A stretch of 59,532 nt of DNA from Pyrinomonadaceae bacterium (GTDB lineage: Bacteria > Acidobacteriota > Blastocatellia > Pyrinomonadales > Pyrinomonadaceae), in NCBI GenBank assembly GCA_035761505.1, contig DASTQX010000475.1:1-59532 (forward strand), written 5' to 3'. A model generated the notes under the pieces. The model worked only from the letters and a program-made list of their open reading frames with translations, was not told the origin of the DNA and did not search any database. The position numbers and the translations under genes were made by a program. Of this stretch, positions 27,785 through 36,424 are shown piece after piece; within the stretch, counting starts at the first letter, position 1, and every line of letters starts with the position of its first letter.

Positions 27785-28438
27785 TCAACGGATTCTGTTC
27801 CGCTCGTTGAAACTGTGGCGCAGGCTCTCTTCGCCGCGCGTCATCTTCCGCACTTCGTTGAGCTTCACGCTCGCCAGCCGGAGCGCATAGACGAGTTGCT
27901 GCTTCGCCGCCTGTTGTTCGACGCTCGGCGGCTCGTGCCGCACGACGACGACGCGCGGTTCCGGAGTGACGACGACCCGGCGGGCCTGACGACTCGCGTG
28001 CGGCGACCCCTGCCGCTCTTTCGCCTCCGCCTGAAAGTCGGGAGGCAGGGACTTCTTCCCCTGCGCGTTGCCGTGCGTCAGCTCCTCTTCACGTTTCGGG
28101 GCTGCGGGGGAAGGAGGGTTTTCGACGGGTGACGGGGCGACGGCTCTCCGCGGCGGCGTCTCCTTCGCGGGAGGGTTCGAGGCTTGCTGCTTCACGTCCG
28201 CGCCGCCTTGCCGGAGCAGGACGAGCGCCGCGCCCGCGAGCACCATGAAGATGATGGCCGCCGCCGCGACGAGCGAGGGACGAAAGCGGCGCGGCTGTGT
28301 GGAGAGGGCAACGTGCGGCGCGGCCTCCGCAGGCAGTTCGAGTGCGCGGGGCTTGTGGCCGAAGCCGCCGAGCAGTTCTTCCAACCGCTCGACCTCCGCG
28401 TCCGGCTCGCCCGTCTTGTCCCAAAGATAGTCGCTCAT
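27785..28438 (-). CDS. putative single-pass membrane anti-sigma factor
   Basis: 217 aa. N-terminal MSDYLWDKTGEPDAEVERLEELLG. One TM helix, LVAAAAIIFMVLAGAALVLL. ATGA overlap with the sigma gene stop. Confidence 0.55.
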   Translation of the reverse strand: MSDYLWDKTGEPDAEVERLEELLGGFGHKPRALELPAEAAPHVALSTQPRRFRPSLVAAAAIIFMVLAGAALVLLRQGGADVKQQASNPPAKETPPRRAVAPSPVENPPSPAAPKREEELTHGNAQGKKSLPPDFQAEAKERQGSPHASRQARRVVVTPEPRVVVVRHEPPSVEQQAAKQQLVYALRLASVKLNEVRKMTRGEESLRHSFNERNRIR

Positions 28439-29049
28439 CTCTCCGACCCTTTCGTCCCCAGCTTCTCGCGCAAGAGTTTCATTCCACGATGCAAATTGAC
28501 GCGCACGGACGCGGGCTGCAAACCCGTGCGCGCAGCGATCTCCGGCCCCGTCATCCCCTCGACCAGCCGCAGCACCAGAGTCTCGCGGTAGGCTTCGGGC
28601 AGCGCGCGGATGGCCGCGAGCGCCTCCGACGCCTCAGCCGTTGGCCGCTCGGCGTGCGCGAGTTCTTCGTGCAGTTCCTCGGTCTCGCGCGCGCGGCGGT
28701 AAAAGTCCATCGCGCGGTTGCGCGTAATCATCGCCACCCACGGGCCGAAGCGCGCAGGCTCGCGCAAGGAGCCGAGCTTGCGGAAGGCGACGAGGAACAC
28801 GTCCTGCACGAGGTCGCTCACCTCGCCGTGCGGCACGCGCGCCAGAAGGATGCCGTGCACCATCGGCGCGTAGAGCCCGTAGAGCCGGTCGAACGCCTCG
28901 CGGTCGCCGCGCCGCACCGCCGCCACCAACTCGGCTTCGGGCGAGGAAACGACGGCGTCGGCGTCCGGCACACTCTCCCCGACGCCCGCCGTGGGCGGCC
29001 CCTGCGCGCTCATCAAAAACAGCTCGCTACTCGTCTCGACTTTGAACAT
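28435..29049 (-). CDS. ECF (sigma-70 family, group 4) RNA polymerase sigma factor
   Basis: Region 2 (FDRLYGLYAPMVHGILLARV...DLVQDVFLVAF) and region 4 (LPEAYRETLVLRLVEGMTGPEIAARTGLQPASVRVNLHRG). Start is uncertain: ATG 29049 (GAAGGG upstream), ATG 29013 or GTG 29073. Confidence 0.85.
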   Translation of the reverse strand: MFKVETSSELFLMSAQGPPTAGVGESVPDADAVVSSPEAELVAAVRRGDREAFDRLYGLYAPMVHGILLARVPHGEVSDLVQDVFLVAFRKLGSLREPARFGPWVAMITRNRAMDFYRRARETEELHEELAHAERPTAEASEALAAIRALPEAYRETLVLRLVEGMTGPEIAARTGLQPASVRVNLHRGMKLLREKLGTKGSER

Positions 29050-29120
29050 TCGACGAAACCCTTCGCGCCTCACTCGACTACAAAGACGCGGGGCGGGCGG
29101 GAAGCGTTAACAGGAAAAGA

Positions 29121-29197
29121 AAGTGATAAGTGATGAGTGATAAGTGATAAGAAGGAATCGGATTTTCTTATCACTTATCACTCATCACTTATCACTT
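29121..29197. repeat. 33-bp perfect inverted repeat built from GTGATRA heptamers
   Basis: AAGTGATAAGTGATGAGTGATAAGTGATAAGAA (29121-29153), an 11-nt loop, then the exact reverse complement (29165-29197). The right arm covers the stop codon of the 52-aa gene. Confidence 0.9.
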
Positions 29198-29354
29198 AAA
29201 AAATGGTGTAGATGAAAGGGGCGAGCGCCGAGCTTTGGGCGAAGACGAGGAGCGCGCCGAGGAGGAAGAGGACGACGATGATGGGCAGGAGCCAGAGTTT
29301 TTTGTTCTGCCGCAGGAACATCCAGATTTCGGCGGCGAGCGAAAGCCTTCCCAA
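29196..29354 (-). CDS. DUF5989-family small membrane protein (52 aa), not in the ORF track
   Basis: My translation from TTG (rc of 29352-29354; AGGAGGA 9 nt upstream): MGRLSLAAEIWMFLRQNKKLWLLPIIVVLFLLGALLVFAQSSALAPFIYTIF*. The ...KKLWLLPII...APFIYT(I/L)F pattern matches the small protein usually found beside SxtJ and carbamoyltransferase genes. Confidence 0.65.
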   Translation of the reverse strand: MGRLSLAAEIWMFLRQNKKLWLLPIIVVLFLLGALLVFAQSSALAPFIYTIF

Positions 29355-29402
29355 TGCTTTAAATCCTCCTCGGTGTGTCGGGGCGCGGCCTAAAGCCTCG
29401 CT

Positions 29403-29870
29403 TTAAAAAAGGCGCTCGAACTGTTCTTTCGACTGGCGCGTCCGTGCGCGCTCCGTCCAGTAGCTCTCGCGTTTCGGGCCGCGCCGTCGCAAGGGGTCGC
29501 GGCGCGCGAGGCGCGAGACGAGGCCGTAAGGAGCGAAGACGCCGTAATACATGAGCGTCAGCAGCACGCGGCTGTTGACGTAGCCGAGCACGGCGGCCAC
29601 CCGCATCCAGAAGACGTGGAAGCGCCGCGCGAGCGCCGGAAGCAGAAGCCCCGTTAGGACGAGCGCCACGCCCACGCCGACGAGGACGGCGACGACCGTC
29701 ATCCTCCCTCGATACAGATTCCAAGCGGCGAAGAGGAACAACACGACGGCGACGACGTGCGCCGTCCTGCGCGCCTGCGCGTCCGTGACTTGCGATGCGT
29801 TGGCGGCTCGCGGCCCGTAGGTTGCGCGCGCCCCCCTCGTCGTTCCATCGTTCGGCGTCGGCTCAGTCAA
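29403..29870 (-). CDS. SxtJ-family membrane protein
   Basis: 155 aa. Two or three TM helices. It overlaps the carbamoyltransferase stop by 8 nt. The family call is from memory of this conserved three-gene cassette. Confidence 0.65.
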   Translation of the reverse strand: MTEPTPNDGTTRGARATYGPRAANASQVTDAQARRTAHVVAVVLFLFAAWNLYRGRMTVVAVLVGVGVALVLTGLLLPALARRFHVFWMRVAAVLGYVNSRVLLTLMYYGVFAPYGLVSRLARRDPLRRRGPKRESYWTERARTRQSKEQFERLF

Positions 29871-31698
29871 GCTGAAACTCCTCCTGCCAAGAGTGGTCTT
29901 CGCCGAGTTCGCTCGCGCCCTGCTCGTCCTTCAAAAGCACGTACTCGCCGAGGACGAGGGCGTCCATCTCCGTCCGCATGAAGCAGGCGTAAGCCTCGGC
30001 GGGCGTGCAGACGATGGGCTCGCCTCGGACGTTGAAAGAGGTGTTGACGAGGACGGGCGAGCCCGTCAGCCGCCCGAAGGCCGAAAGGAGTTCGTGATAG
30101 AGCGGGTTGTCCTCGCGCCGCACGGTCTGGACGCGCGCCGAGTAGTCCACGTGCGTCACGGCGGGAATCGTGGAGCGCGGCACGTTCAGCTTCTCGATGC
30201 CGAACAGGCGTTCTTCGTCCGCCGTCATCTCGCGCCGCAACTCCGCGCGCACGGGCGCGACCAGAAGCATGTAGGGCGAGTCGCAATCCAACTCGAAGAA
30301 GTCCGCGACGCGCTCGCGCACGACCGAGGGCGCGAAGGGGCGGAACGATTCGCGGTACTTGATTTTGAGATTCATCTGCGCCTGCATCCGAGGGCTTCGC
30401 GGGTCGCCGAGGATGCTCCGCGCGCCGAGCGCACGCGGGCCGAACTCCATCCGTCCCTGAAACCAGCCGACGACTCTTTCATCCGCCAGCAGCCGCGCCA
30501 CCGCCTCGGCCAACTCCGCGCGCCCGACCTTTCGATAATTCGCGCCCGTCGTGAAGAGAAACTCCTCGATCTCTTCGTCCTTGAACTCCGGGCCGAGGTA
30601 CGAGCCGCGCATCCCGTCGGCGTGTCCGCCGCGCACCGTCTCGACGCGCCGCTCGTTGCCGAGATACTGATACCAAGCCGAGAGGGCCGCGCCGAGGCTC
30701 CCGCCCGCGTCGCCCGCCGCCGGTTGAATCCAGACGCGCTCGAACGGCCCTTCGCGCAGGATGCGCCCGTTGCCCACGCAGTTGAGCGCGACGCCGCCCG
30801 CGAGACAGAGATTGCGCTCGCCCGTTATCTTGTGCGCGTGCCGCGCCATCCGCAGCATCGCTTCCTCGGTCACCTCCTGCACCGAGCGCGCCAAATCCAT
30901 CTCCCTCTGCGTCAGTTCTCCTTCGACCGCGCGCGGCGGGCCGCCGAACAGCTCGTCGAACCGGGCGTTGGTCATCGTGAGCCCGTGCGCGAAGTTGAAG
31001 TACTTCATGTTGAGGCGCAGGGAGCCGTCTGCGCGGAGGTCTATGAGTTCGTCGAGGATGGTCTTGACGTAGCGCGGCTCGCCGTAGGGCGCGAGGCCCA
31101 TCACCTTGTACTCGCCGGAGTTGACCTTGAAGCCGGTGTAGTAAGTGAAGGCCGAGTAGAGCAGGCCTAGAGAGTGCGGGAAGTGAAGTTCTTTTAAGAG
31201 GTGTAGCTCGTTCCCTTTTCCATAACCGTATGAAGAGGTCGCCCACTCGCCCACGCCGTCCATCGTCAAGACCGCCGCGCTCTCGAACGGCGACGGGAAG
31301 AAGGCCGAGGCGGCGTGCGACTCGTGGTGCTCGGTGAAGAGCACTTGGCCTTTAAAGCCCGCCTCCTTCGAGACCTGCTCCCGAATCCAGAGTTTTTCCT
31401 TGAGCCACAAAGGCATCGCCATCAGGAACGAGCGCAAGCCTTTGGGCGCGTAATCAATGTACGTCTCAAGGAGCCGCTCGAACTTCAAGAGCGGCTTGTC
31501 GTAGAAGGCGACGTAATCCAACTCTTCCGGCGTAATCCCGGCGTGCCGCAGGCAGAACTCGACCGCCGACGAAGGAAAGCGGTGGTCGTGCTTCTTCCGC
31601 GTAAAGCGCTCCTCCTGCGCCGCCGCCACAATCTCGCCGTCGCGCACAAGGCACGCCGCCGAGTCATGGTAATAAGCCGAGATGCCGAGGATGTACAT
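29863..31698 (-). CDS. carbamoyltransferase (NodU/CmcH family)
   Basis: 611 aa. N-terminus MYILGISAYYHDSAACLVRDGEIVAAAQEERFTRKKHD is typical of the family. Full-length two-domain architecture. Confidence 0.9.
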   Translation of the reverse strand: MYILGISAYYHDSAACLVRDGEIVAAAQEERFTRKKHDHRFPSSAVEFCLRHAGITPEELDYVAFYDKPLLKFERLLETYIDYAPKGLRSFLMAMPLWLKEKLWIREQVSKEAGFKGQVLFTEHHESHAASAFFPSPFESAAVLTMDGVGEWATSSYGYGKGNELHLLKELHFPHSLGLLYSAFTYYTGFKVNSGEYKVMGLAPYGEPRYVKTILDELIDLRADGSLRLNMKYFNFAHGLTMTNARFDELFGGPPRAVEGELTQREMDLARSVQEVTEEAMLRMARHAHKITGERNLCLAGGVALNCVGNGRILREGPFERVWIQPAAGDAGGSLGAALSAWYQYLGNERRVETVRGGHADGMRGSYLGPEFKDEEIEEFLFTTGANYRKVGRAELAEAVARLLADERVVGWFQGRMEFGPRALGARSILGDPRSPRMQAQMNLKIKYRESFRPFAPSVVRERVADFFELDCDSPYMLLVAPVRAELRREMTADEERLFGIEKLNVPRSTIPAVTHVDYSARVQTVRREDNPLYHELLSAFGRLTGSPVLVNTSFNVRGEPIVCTPAEAYACFMRTEMDALVLGEYVLLKDEQGASELGEDHSWQEEFQLD

Positions 31699-31702
31699 CA
31701 GA

Positions 31703-31781
31703 CAGTTTTCAGTTTTGAGTTCTCAGTTTTCAGCTTCGGAGATTTGAGCTTCCAGCACTGAGAACTCAAAACTGAAAACTG
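31703..31781. repeat. 24-bp perfect inverted repeat of CAGTTTT/GAGTTCT heptamers, 4 nt upstream of the carbamoyltransferase start codon
   Basis: CAGTTTTCAGTTTTGAGTTCTCAG (31703-31726), a 31-nt loop, then CTGAGAACTCAAAACTGAAAACTG (31758-31781). Confidence 0.9.
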
Positions 31782-31865
31782 ACGACCGACTTTCACGAAT
31801 TTGTTAAATCTCGGCCCGCGCGCGCGGCAAGTGTGCGAAACAGGTCACGCCGGGCGCGGTCGCGG

Positions 31866-31895
31866 TTGACTTGCGGGCCGGACGGTCAATAAGCT
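31866..31895 (+). promoter_or_regulatory. putative promoter TTGACT-N18-TAAGCT for dps
   Basis: Hexamers at 31866-31871 and 31890-31895. AGGGAGG RBS precedes ATG 31923. Confidence 0.35.
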
Positions 31896-31922
31896 AGACG
31901 CAAAGGGAGGAAATATCAAATC

Positions 31923-32474
31923 ATGGCAAGCACGACCGGGGCCGAAGTGAAGCCCATGCCGATCAACATCGGCATCAAGGAGTCTGACCGCAAGGAGATC
32001 GCCGACGGGCTCTCGCGCCTGCTCGCGGACACCTACACGCTCTATCTCAAGACGCACAACTACCACTGGAACGTGACGGGGCCGATGTTCCAGACGCTCC
32101 ACCTGATGTTCGAGCAGCAGTACAACGAACTCGCGCCTGCGGTTGACCTCATCGCCGAGCGCATCCGCGCCCTCGGCTTCCCCGCGCCCGCGACCTACAA
32201 GCAGTTCGTCGCACTCAGCTCCATCAAGGAAGAGGAGGGCGTGCCTACCGCCGACGAGATGATTCGCAAGCTCGTCGAGGGCCAAGAGGCGGTCGTCCGC
32301 ACCGCGCGCTCGGTCTTCGCCATCGCCGACGACGCCAACGACCAGCCGACCGCAGACCTCCTCACCGAGCGCATGCAGGTGCACGAGAAGACCGCTTGGA
32401 TGCTCCGCAGCCTGCTCGCCGAGGAAGGCACGACGCCCGCCAAAGGCGCGAAAAGCGCGAAGGGTGGAAAGTAG
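31923..32474 (+). CDS. dps: Dps (DNA starvation/stationary-phase protection, ferritin-like)
   Basis: 183 aa. [34 protein letters not shown] is a canonical Dps ferroxidase-site region. Confidence 0.9.
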   Translation: MASTTGAEVKPMPINIGIKESDRKEIADGLSRLLADTYTLYLKTHNYHWNVTGPMFQTLHLMFEQQYNELAPAVDLIAERIRALGFPAPATYKQFVALSSIKEEEGVPTADEMIRKLVEGQEAVVRTARSVFAIADDANDQPTADLLTERMQVHEKTAWMLRSLLAEEGTTPAKGAKSAKGGK

Positions 32475-32489
32475 TAAGAGGTTGTTTGA

Positions 32490-32524
32490 GGGGGCGCGAA
32501 GATAGAATTTATCTTCGCGCCCCC
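32490..32524. terminator. 14-bp perfect hairpin between convergent genes
   Basis: GGGGGCGCGAAGAT-agaattt-ATCTTCGCGCCCCC, between stops at 32474 and 32578. Confidence 0.6.
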
Positions 32525-32577
32525 GCTCTGCTTGACAGCCGCGCTTTCAGCCGTCGGCGTCTTCGCCGACCCTTCCG

Positions 32578-33669
32578 CTACAGCCCCAACAAGTTTTCCG
32601 CGACTATCTTCTTCCGCATCTCTTCGGCCACGCGCTCGATGCCTTCGCGCGTCCAGTGCACGTCGTCAACGTGCAGAGACCAGTCGCCGTGCGGGAGCAG
32701 GGCGTCCAAGTCAACGTAGTCAATCGCCTCGCGCGCGAAGAAGCGCCGCAGCTCGTCGTTCATCGCCGAGACCTTCCCGTCGGGCGCGACCCAGTGCGCC
32801 GTCGCGGCCAGAAACTTCGCGCCGGAGTCTTTCGACACGGCCCGTTGTAGTTTCAGGTTCCGCTCGAAGAGGTGCATCCCGGCCAGCGCGTCCGCCGAGC
32901 GTTTGAGCTTGCCGACCCGCATCACCTGCGCTCCGATGTCCGAGCCGCCGCCCGCGCGGTCGAGGGCGAAGGAGGCGCGCGTCAGGAGGTACGAGCGGAA
33001 GGCCCACGCGGGCAGGAGCGCCTGCCAAGACCTGTAACGGTCGTCGTAATCGCCGTAGATGTTCCGGTAGTCGGGGGCCGCGCCCTCGAACCCCAAGAGG
33101 CCCGCGTCGTTCACGCCGTCGTAAGAGATGACCAGATCGGGCTGGAACTCGACGCCGACGAATTGCAGGTTGATGAGGCTCGTCGGGCTCGCCGCCATGA
33201 CGACGCCGAGGTTGATGACTTCGACCTTCAAGCCCCTCTCCGCGTATGTCTCGTTCAGCATGGCTTCGAGGCGGGCGGGCCAAGTCTCGGAGTCGGTAAA
33301 GCCGTCCACGGTGGTCGAGCCTCCGAGGGTCACGATCCTCTTGACACCGGCGGGCTTCTCGAAGGGCCGCTCCGGCGTCCTGAAGCCGAGCGAGTTCAAC
33401 GCGTAGTCATACTCGTAAGTGCGGTTCGTCTCCGGCCTGAAGACCCGCAGCACCCGCCGGTCGCCGGGCCTCTGCGCGAAAGGCAGGAAGGGGTGCGAGA
33501 CGAACCTCGCCTGCTCCGAGGCCGTCGCGTTGTAAACGGCGGTCGGCTGGTAGGCGTTGATGTCCCGTCCGCTCAACTCAAAAAAGAGGCGCAGCGCGAC
33601 CTCCGCCAGCAGCAAGGCGAAGAGCGTGGCGGCGATGACGACCGACGTTTTCAGCAACAGGCGGCGCAA
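32578..33669 (-). CDS. SGNH/GDSL-like hydrolase family protein, N-terminal membrane anchor (tentative)
   Basis: 363 aa. TM or signal anchor. Block I-like TLGGSTT and block V-like DDVHW (DxxH). Confidence 0.55.
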   Translation of the reverse strand: MRRLLLKTSVVIAATLFALLLAEVALRLFFELSGRDINAYQPTAVYNATASEQARFVSHPFLPFAQRPGDRRVLRVFRPETNRTYEYDYALNSLGFRTPERPFEKPAGVKRIVTLGGSTTVDGFTDSETWPARLEAMLNETYAERGLKVEVINLGVVMAASPTSLINLQFVGVEFQPDLVISYDGVNDAGLLGFEGAAPDYRNIYGDYDDRYRSWQALLPAWAFRSYLLTRASFALDRAGGGSDIGAQVMRVGKLKRSADALAGMHLFERNLKLQRAVSKDSGAKFLAATAHWVAPDGKVSAMNDELRRFFAREAIDYVDLDALLPHGDWSLHVDDVHWTREGIERVAEEMRKKIVAENLLGL

Positions 33670-33691
33670 GTCTCCATTCCTCTCTGCTTAT

Positions 33692-35413
33692 TCAAGACGG
33701 CCCGCCCTCGCTCAACTCTCGCGCGAGGCGGCGAACCGTTTCGAGGGTGTCTATCTCTGCGGGCGACTTGTCTTCGCGCAAGCGCAGGATGCGCGGGAAG
33801 CGGAGCGCGTAGCCGCCCTTGTGCCGCTTCGATTCTTGCACGCGGTCGAAGGTCACTTCCAAGACAACTTTCGGCTCGACGACGCGCACGCGCCCGTGCG
33901 CGAACTCCTCAAGCGTGTGCGCGCGGAACCACTCGGTCAGCTCGGCCAACTCCACGTCGGTCAAACCCGAATAAGCCTTCCCGATGTTCAGAAGCTCCGG
34001 GTCTTCCTCCGAGCGCCGCACGGCGAAGGTGTAGTCCGAGAGCAGGTGACGACGCTTCCCGTGCCCGACCTCGACCGAAGTGACGACGACATCCAAAGTC
34101 GCCAGCGCCCGCTTCAACTTCAGCCACTCGCGCCCGCGCTTGCCCGGCTTGTACGAAGAGCGCGGGTCTTTAATCATCAGCCCCTCGTTGCCGCGCGCGC
34201 GCGCCGCGTCGAACTCCGCGTCAAGCTCTGAAACGTCACTCACCCGCTTCAACTCCGACAGCCGCACGGACGCCGAAGGCTCCGGCGGGACGAGGCTTTC
34301 GAGCACGCGCCGCCTCCCGGCGAGCGTTTCTTCGACGAGGATTCTCCCCCCGGCGTAGAGCAGGTCGTAGGCGACGAAGGCGACGGGCGTCGAGGCGAGC
34401 AGTTCATCCGAGACCGTCTTGCGGCCCAGACGCTTTTGCAGTTCGAGGAACGGGAGCACGGACGCGCCGCGCACGGGCACGATCTCGCCGTCGAGCACGG
34501 CGTCCGTGGGGAGCGCGGCGAGCGGCGCGACGAGTTCGGGGAAGCGGTGCGTCACCTCGTCGAGCGTCCGCGTGTAGAGCGCGACCCGCTCGCCCTGCGC
34601 GTGCGCCTGCGCGCGGATGCCGTCGAACTTGTCCTCGACGTAAAACTCTCCGGGCATCGTCCGCGCCACGTCCGAAGGGTCTGCGGCGGCGGTGGCGAGC
34701 ATGAACTTGAGCGGGTGAAAGAGGCGCATCGAGACGCCTTCGAGTTCGCCCCGCCGCGCGCGGACGGCGGTCTCGCCGATGTCGCCCGTCATCATGTTGA
34801 CCCGCGCCACGGCGGCCAACTCGCGCCCGAACGCGCGCGCGACGGCGTCTTCGACCAAGCCTTCCTTGAGCCCGATGCGGAGGTCGCCGACCAGAAGCTT
34901 GACCAGATACTTCGCTTCGAGCGGCGTCGCCCCTTCGAGCGCGGCGACGAGCAAAGCCTTCTTGTTCTTCGTCCCGCGCGTCTCGCTCAAGGTCTGGATG
35001 AGCGCCCGCGTCCCTTCGAGCGTGTGGCGCGGCGCGTCGTTCTTCTCAGCGCGCGCTTCGGCGAAAGCCTCGTGGGCGACCTCGCCCGAATCGCCGAGCC
35101 GCACGTAGCGCGGGCGCAGGTTCTCCACTTCGAGCCCCGTCACCTCGCTGATGGCGTCGCGCAGCAGGCCGCCGCCGACGTTCGTCGTCCGCGCGTCGTG
35201 GAGCGCGAACTGGTGGCCCGCGAAGTAGCGCGCCGCGAGCGCCAAATCTTCGTCCGAGAGGTCGTCGAAGTAAGCGCCGAGCAGCGCCGCCTTCTCCAAC
35301 TTCTTCGTCGTCGCCGCCACTCGTTCGGCCACCCGCGCGAAACTCTCAAGCGTCCCCGTCGCCGCTTCAATCGAAGCCGCCCGCTCGCTCGTCCCCTTCT
35401 TCGCTCGTCCCAT
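33692..35413 (-). CDS. ATP-dependent DNA ligase (three-domain Lig1-like: DNA-binding domain + adenylation + OB)
   Basis: 573 aa. Adenylation motif I EDKFDGIRAQ (KxDG). Motifs EGLMIK and LDVVV...G.GKR. No polymerase or phosphoesterase (LigD) modules. Confidence 0.9.
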   Translation of the reverse strand: MGRAKKGTSERAASIEAATGTLESFARVAERVAATTKKLEKAALLGAYFDDLSDEDLALAARYFAGHQFALHDARTTNVGGGLLRDAISEVTGLEVENLRPRYVRLGDSGEVAHEAFAEARAEKNDAPRHTLEGTRALIQTLSETRGTKNKKALLVAALEGATPLEAKYLVKLLVGDLRIGLKEGLVEDAVARAFGRELAAVARVNMMTGDIGETAVRARRGELEGVSMRLFHPLKFMLATAAADPSDVARTMPGEFYVEDKFDGIRAQAHAQGERVALYTRTLDEVTHRFPELVAPLAALPTDAVLDGEIVPVRGASVLPFLELQKRLGRKTVSDELLASTPVAFVAYDLLYAGGRILVEETLAGRRRVLESLVPPEPSASVRLSELKRVSDVSELDAEFDAARARGNEGLMIKDPRSSYKPGKRGREWLKLKRALATLDVVVTSVEVGHGKRRHLLSDYTFAVRRSEEDPELLNIGKAYSGLTDVELAELTEWFRAHTLEEFAHGRVRVVEPKVVLEVTFDRVQESKRHKGGYALRFPRILRLREDKSPAEIDTLETVRRLARELSEGGPS

Positions 35414-35470
35414 AATTTTTGTGTCGGACAGACCGCGCCGGAATTTTCAGACGTTGATGAAGGCCGGGCC

Positions 35471-36424
35471 TTACGCCTCAGCCGCCTTCATCAGTTCGGC
35501 GGGGACGCGCACGGCTTGGCTCTCGTCGGGCTCGCCGAAGATTTCGGGGTGGAGGAGGCGCGAGAGGATTTCCGCGCCCTCGACGACGCGCGGGCCGGGG
35601 CGGCTGAAGTAGGAGGTGGCGTCCACGGCCCACACGCGCCCCTCGCGCACGGCGGGCAGTTCGTGCCAGCCGCGCGGCAGGAGCGCCGTGTCGAGCGCCG
35701 CGAGGATGTCTTCCTTGTAGTAGCCGCAGGGCGCGAGGACGACGACTTCGGGCGCGTATTCGAGGATGGCTGCGGCGGTGGTCGTCTGCGATTTCTCGCC
35801 CGCGCGCCCGAAGGCGTGGTCGCCGCCCGCGAGCGCGACCTGTTCGGGAACCCAGTGGCCGGGCGCGAACGGCGGCTCAAGCCATTCGAGGACGAGCGTG
35901 CGCGGTCGCCGCTCGACCTCCGTGAGCAGGACGGCGAGCGCGTCCAGACGCACGACCAACTCGCCGACGACCACTTCCGCCGCCTCTTCCGTCCCGGTCA
36001 GCCCGCCGACGGTGCGGATGTTTTCAAAGATGTCCGTGATGGTCGAAGGTTCGAGCGAGACGACGCGCACGTCGCCCGCGAGCGCGCGCGCCGCCTGCCG
36101 CACGGTCTTGTAGCTCACGGCGCAGACCTCGCACAGCTCCTGCGTGATGACGAGTTCGGGCCTCAGCTCGCGCAGCAGCTCTTCGTTCAAATCGTAGATC
36201 GAGCCGTGGCCGTCGAGCTGCGAGCGGACGGCGTGGTCAATCTCGGCGCTCGTCATCCGCCCGTGCGAGATGCGGCTCGCCGTGAGCACCGGCTTGCCGA
36301 CGACCGTCGGCGGGAAGTCGCACTCGTGCGTCACGCCGACGAGCGCGCCTTCGAGCCCCAGCGCGCAGACGATCTCGGTCGCCGACGGCAACAGCGAGAC
36401 GATGCGATTCGTGCTTCCTGTCAT
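35471..36424 (-). CDS. BtuF-like (Peripla_BP_2) cobalamin/iron-siderophore binding protein, no obvious signal peptide
   Basis: 317 aa. The IVSLLPSATEIVCALGLEGALVGVTHECDFP motif is typical of the family. Confidence 0.75.
   Translation of the reverse strand: MTGSTNRIVSLLPSATEIVCALGLEGALVGVTHECDFPPTVVGKPVLTASRISHGRMTSAEIDHAVRSQLDGHGSIYDLNEELLRELRPELVITQELCEVCAVSYKTVRQAARALAGDVRVVSLEPSTITDIFENIRTVGGLTGTEEAAEVVVGELVVRLDALAVLLTEVERRPRTLVLEWLEPPFAPGHWVPEQVALAGGDHAFGRAGEKSQTTTAAAILEYAPEVVVLAPCGYYKEDILAALDTALLPRGWHELPAVREGRVWAVDATSYFSRPGPRVVEGAEILSRLLHPEIFGEPDESQAVRVPAELMKAAEA

Noticed and set aside
29212-29406. 64-aa plus-strand ORF in the SxtJ / small-protein spacer.
   Set aside because: It is antisense to the 52-aa DUF5989-like gene, whose product has a far more convincing family-like sequence.
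33692-35413. NHEJ (Ku-LigD) system.
   Set aside because: The ligase has no LigD polymerase or phosphoesterase domains, and no Ku-like ORF is present in the window.
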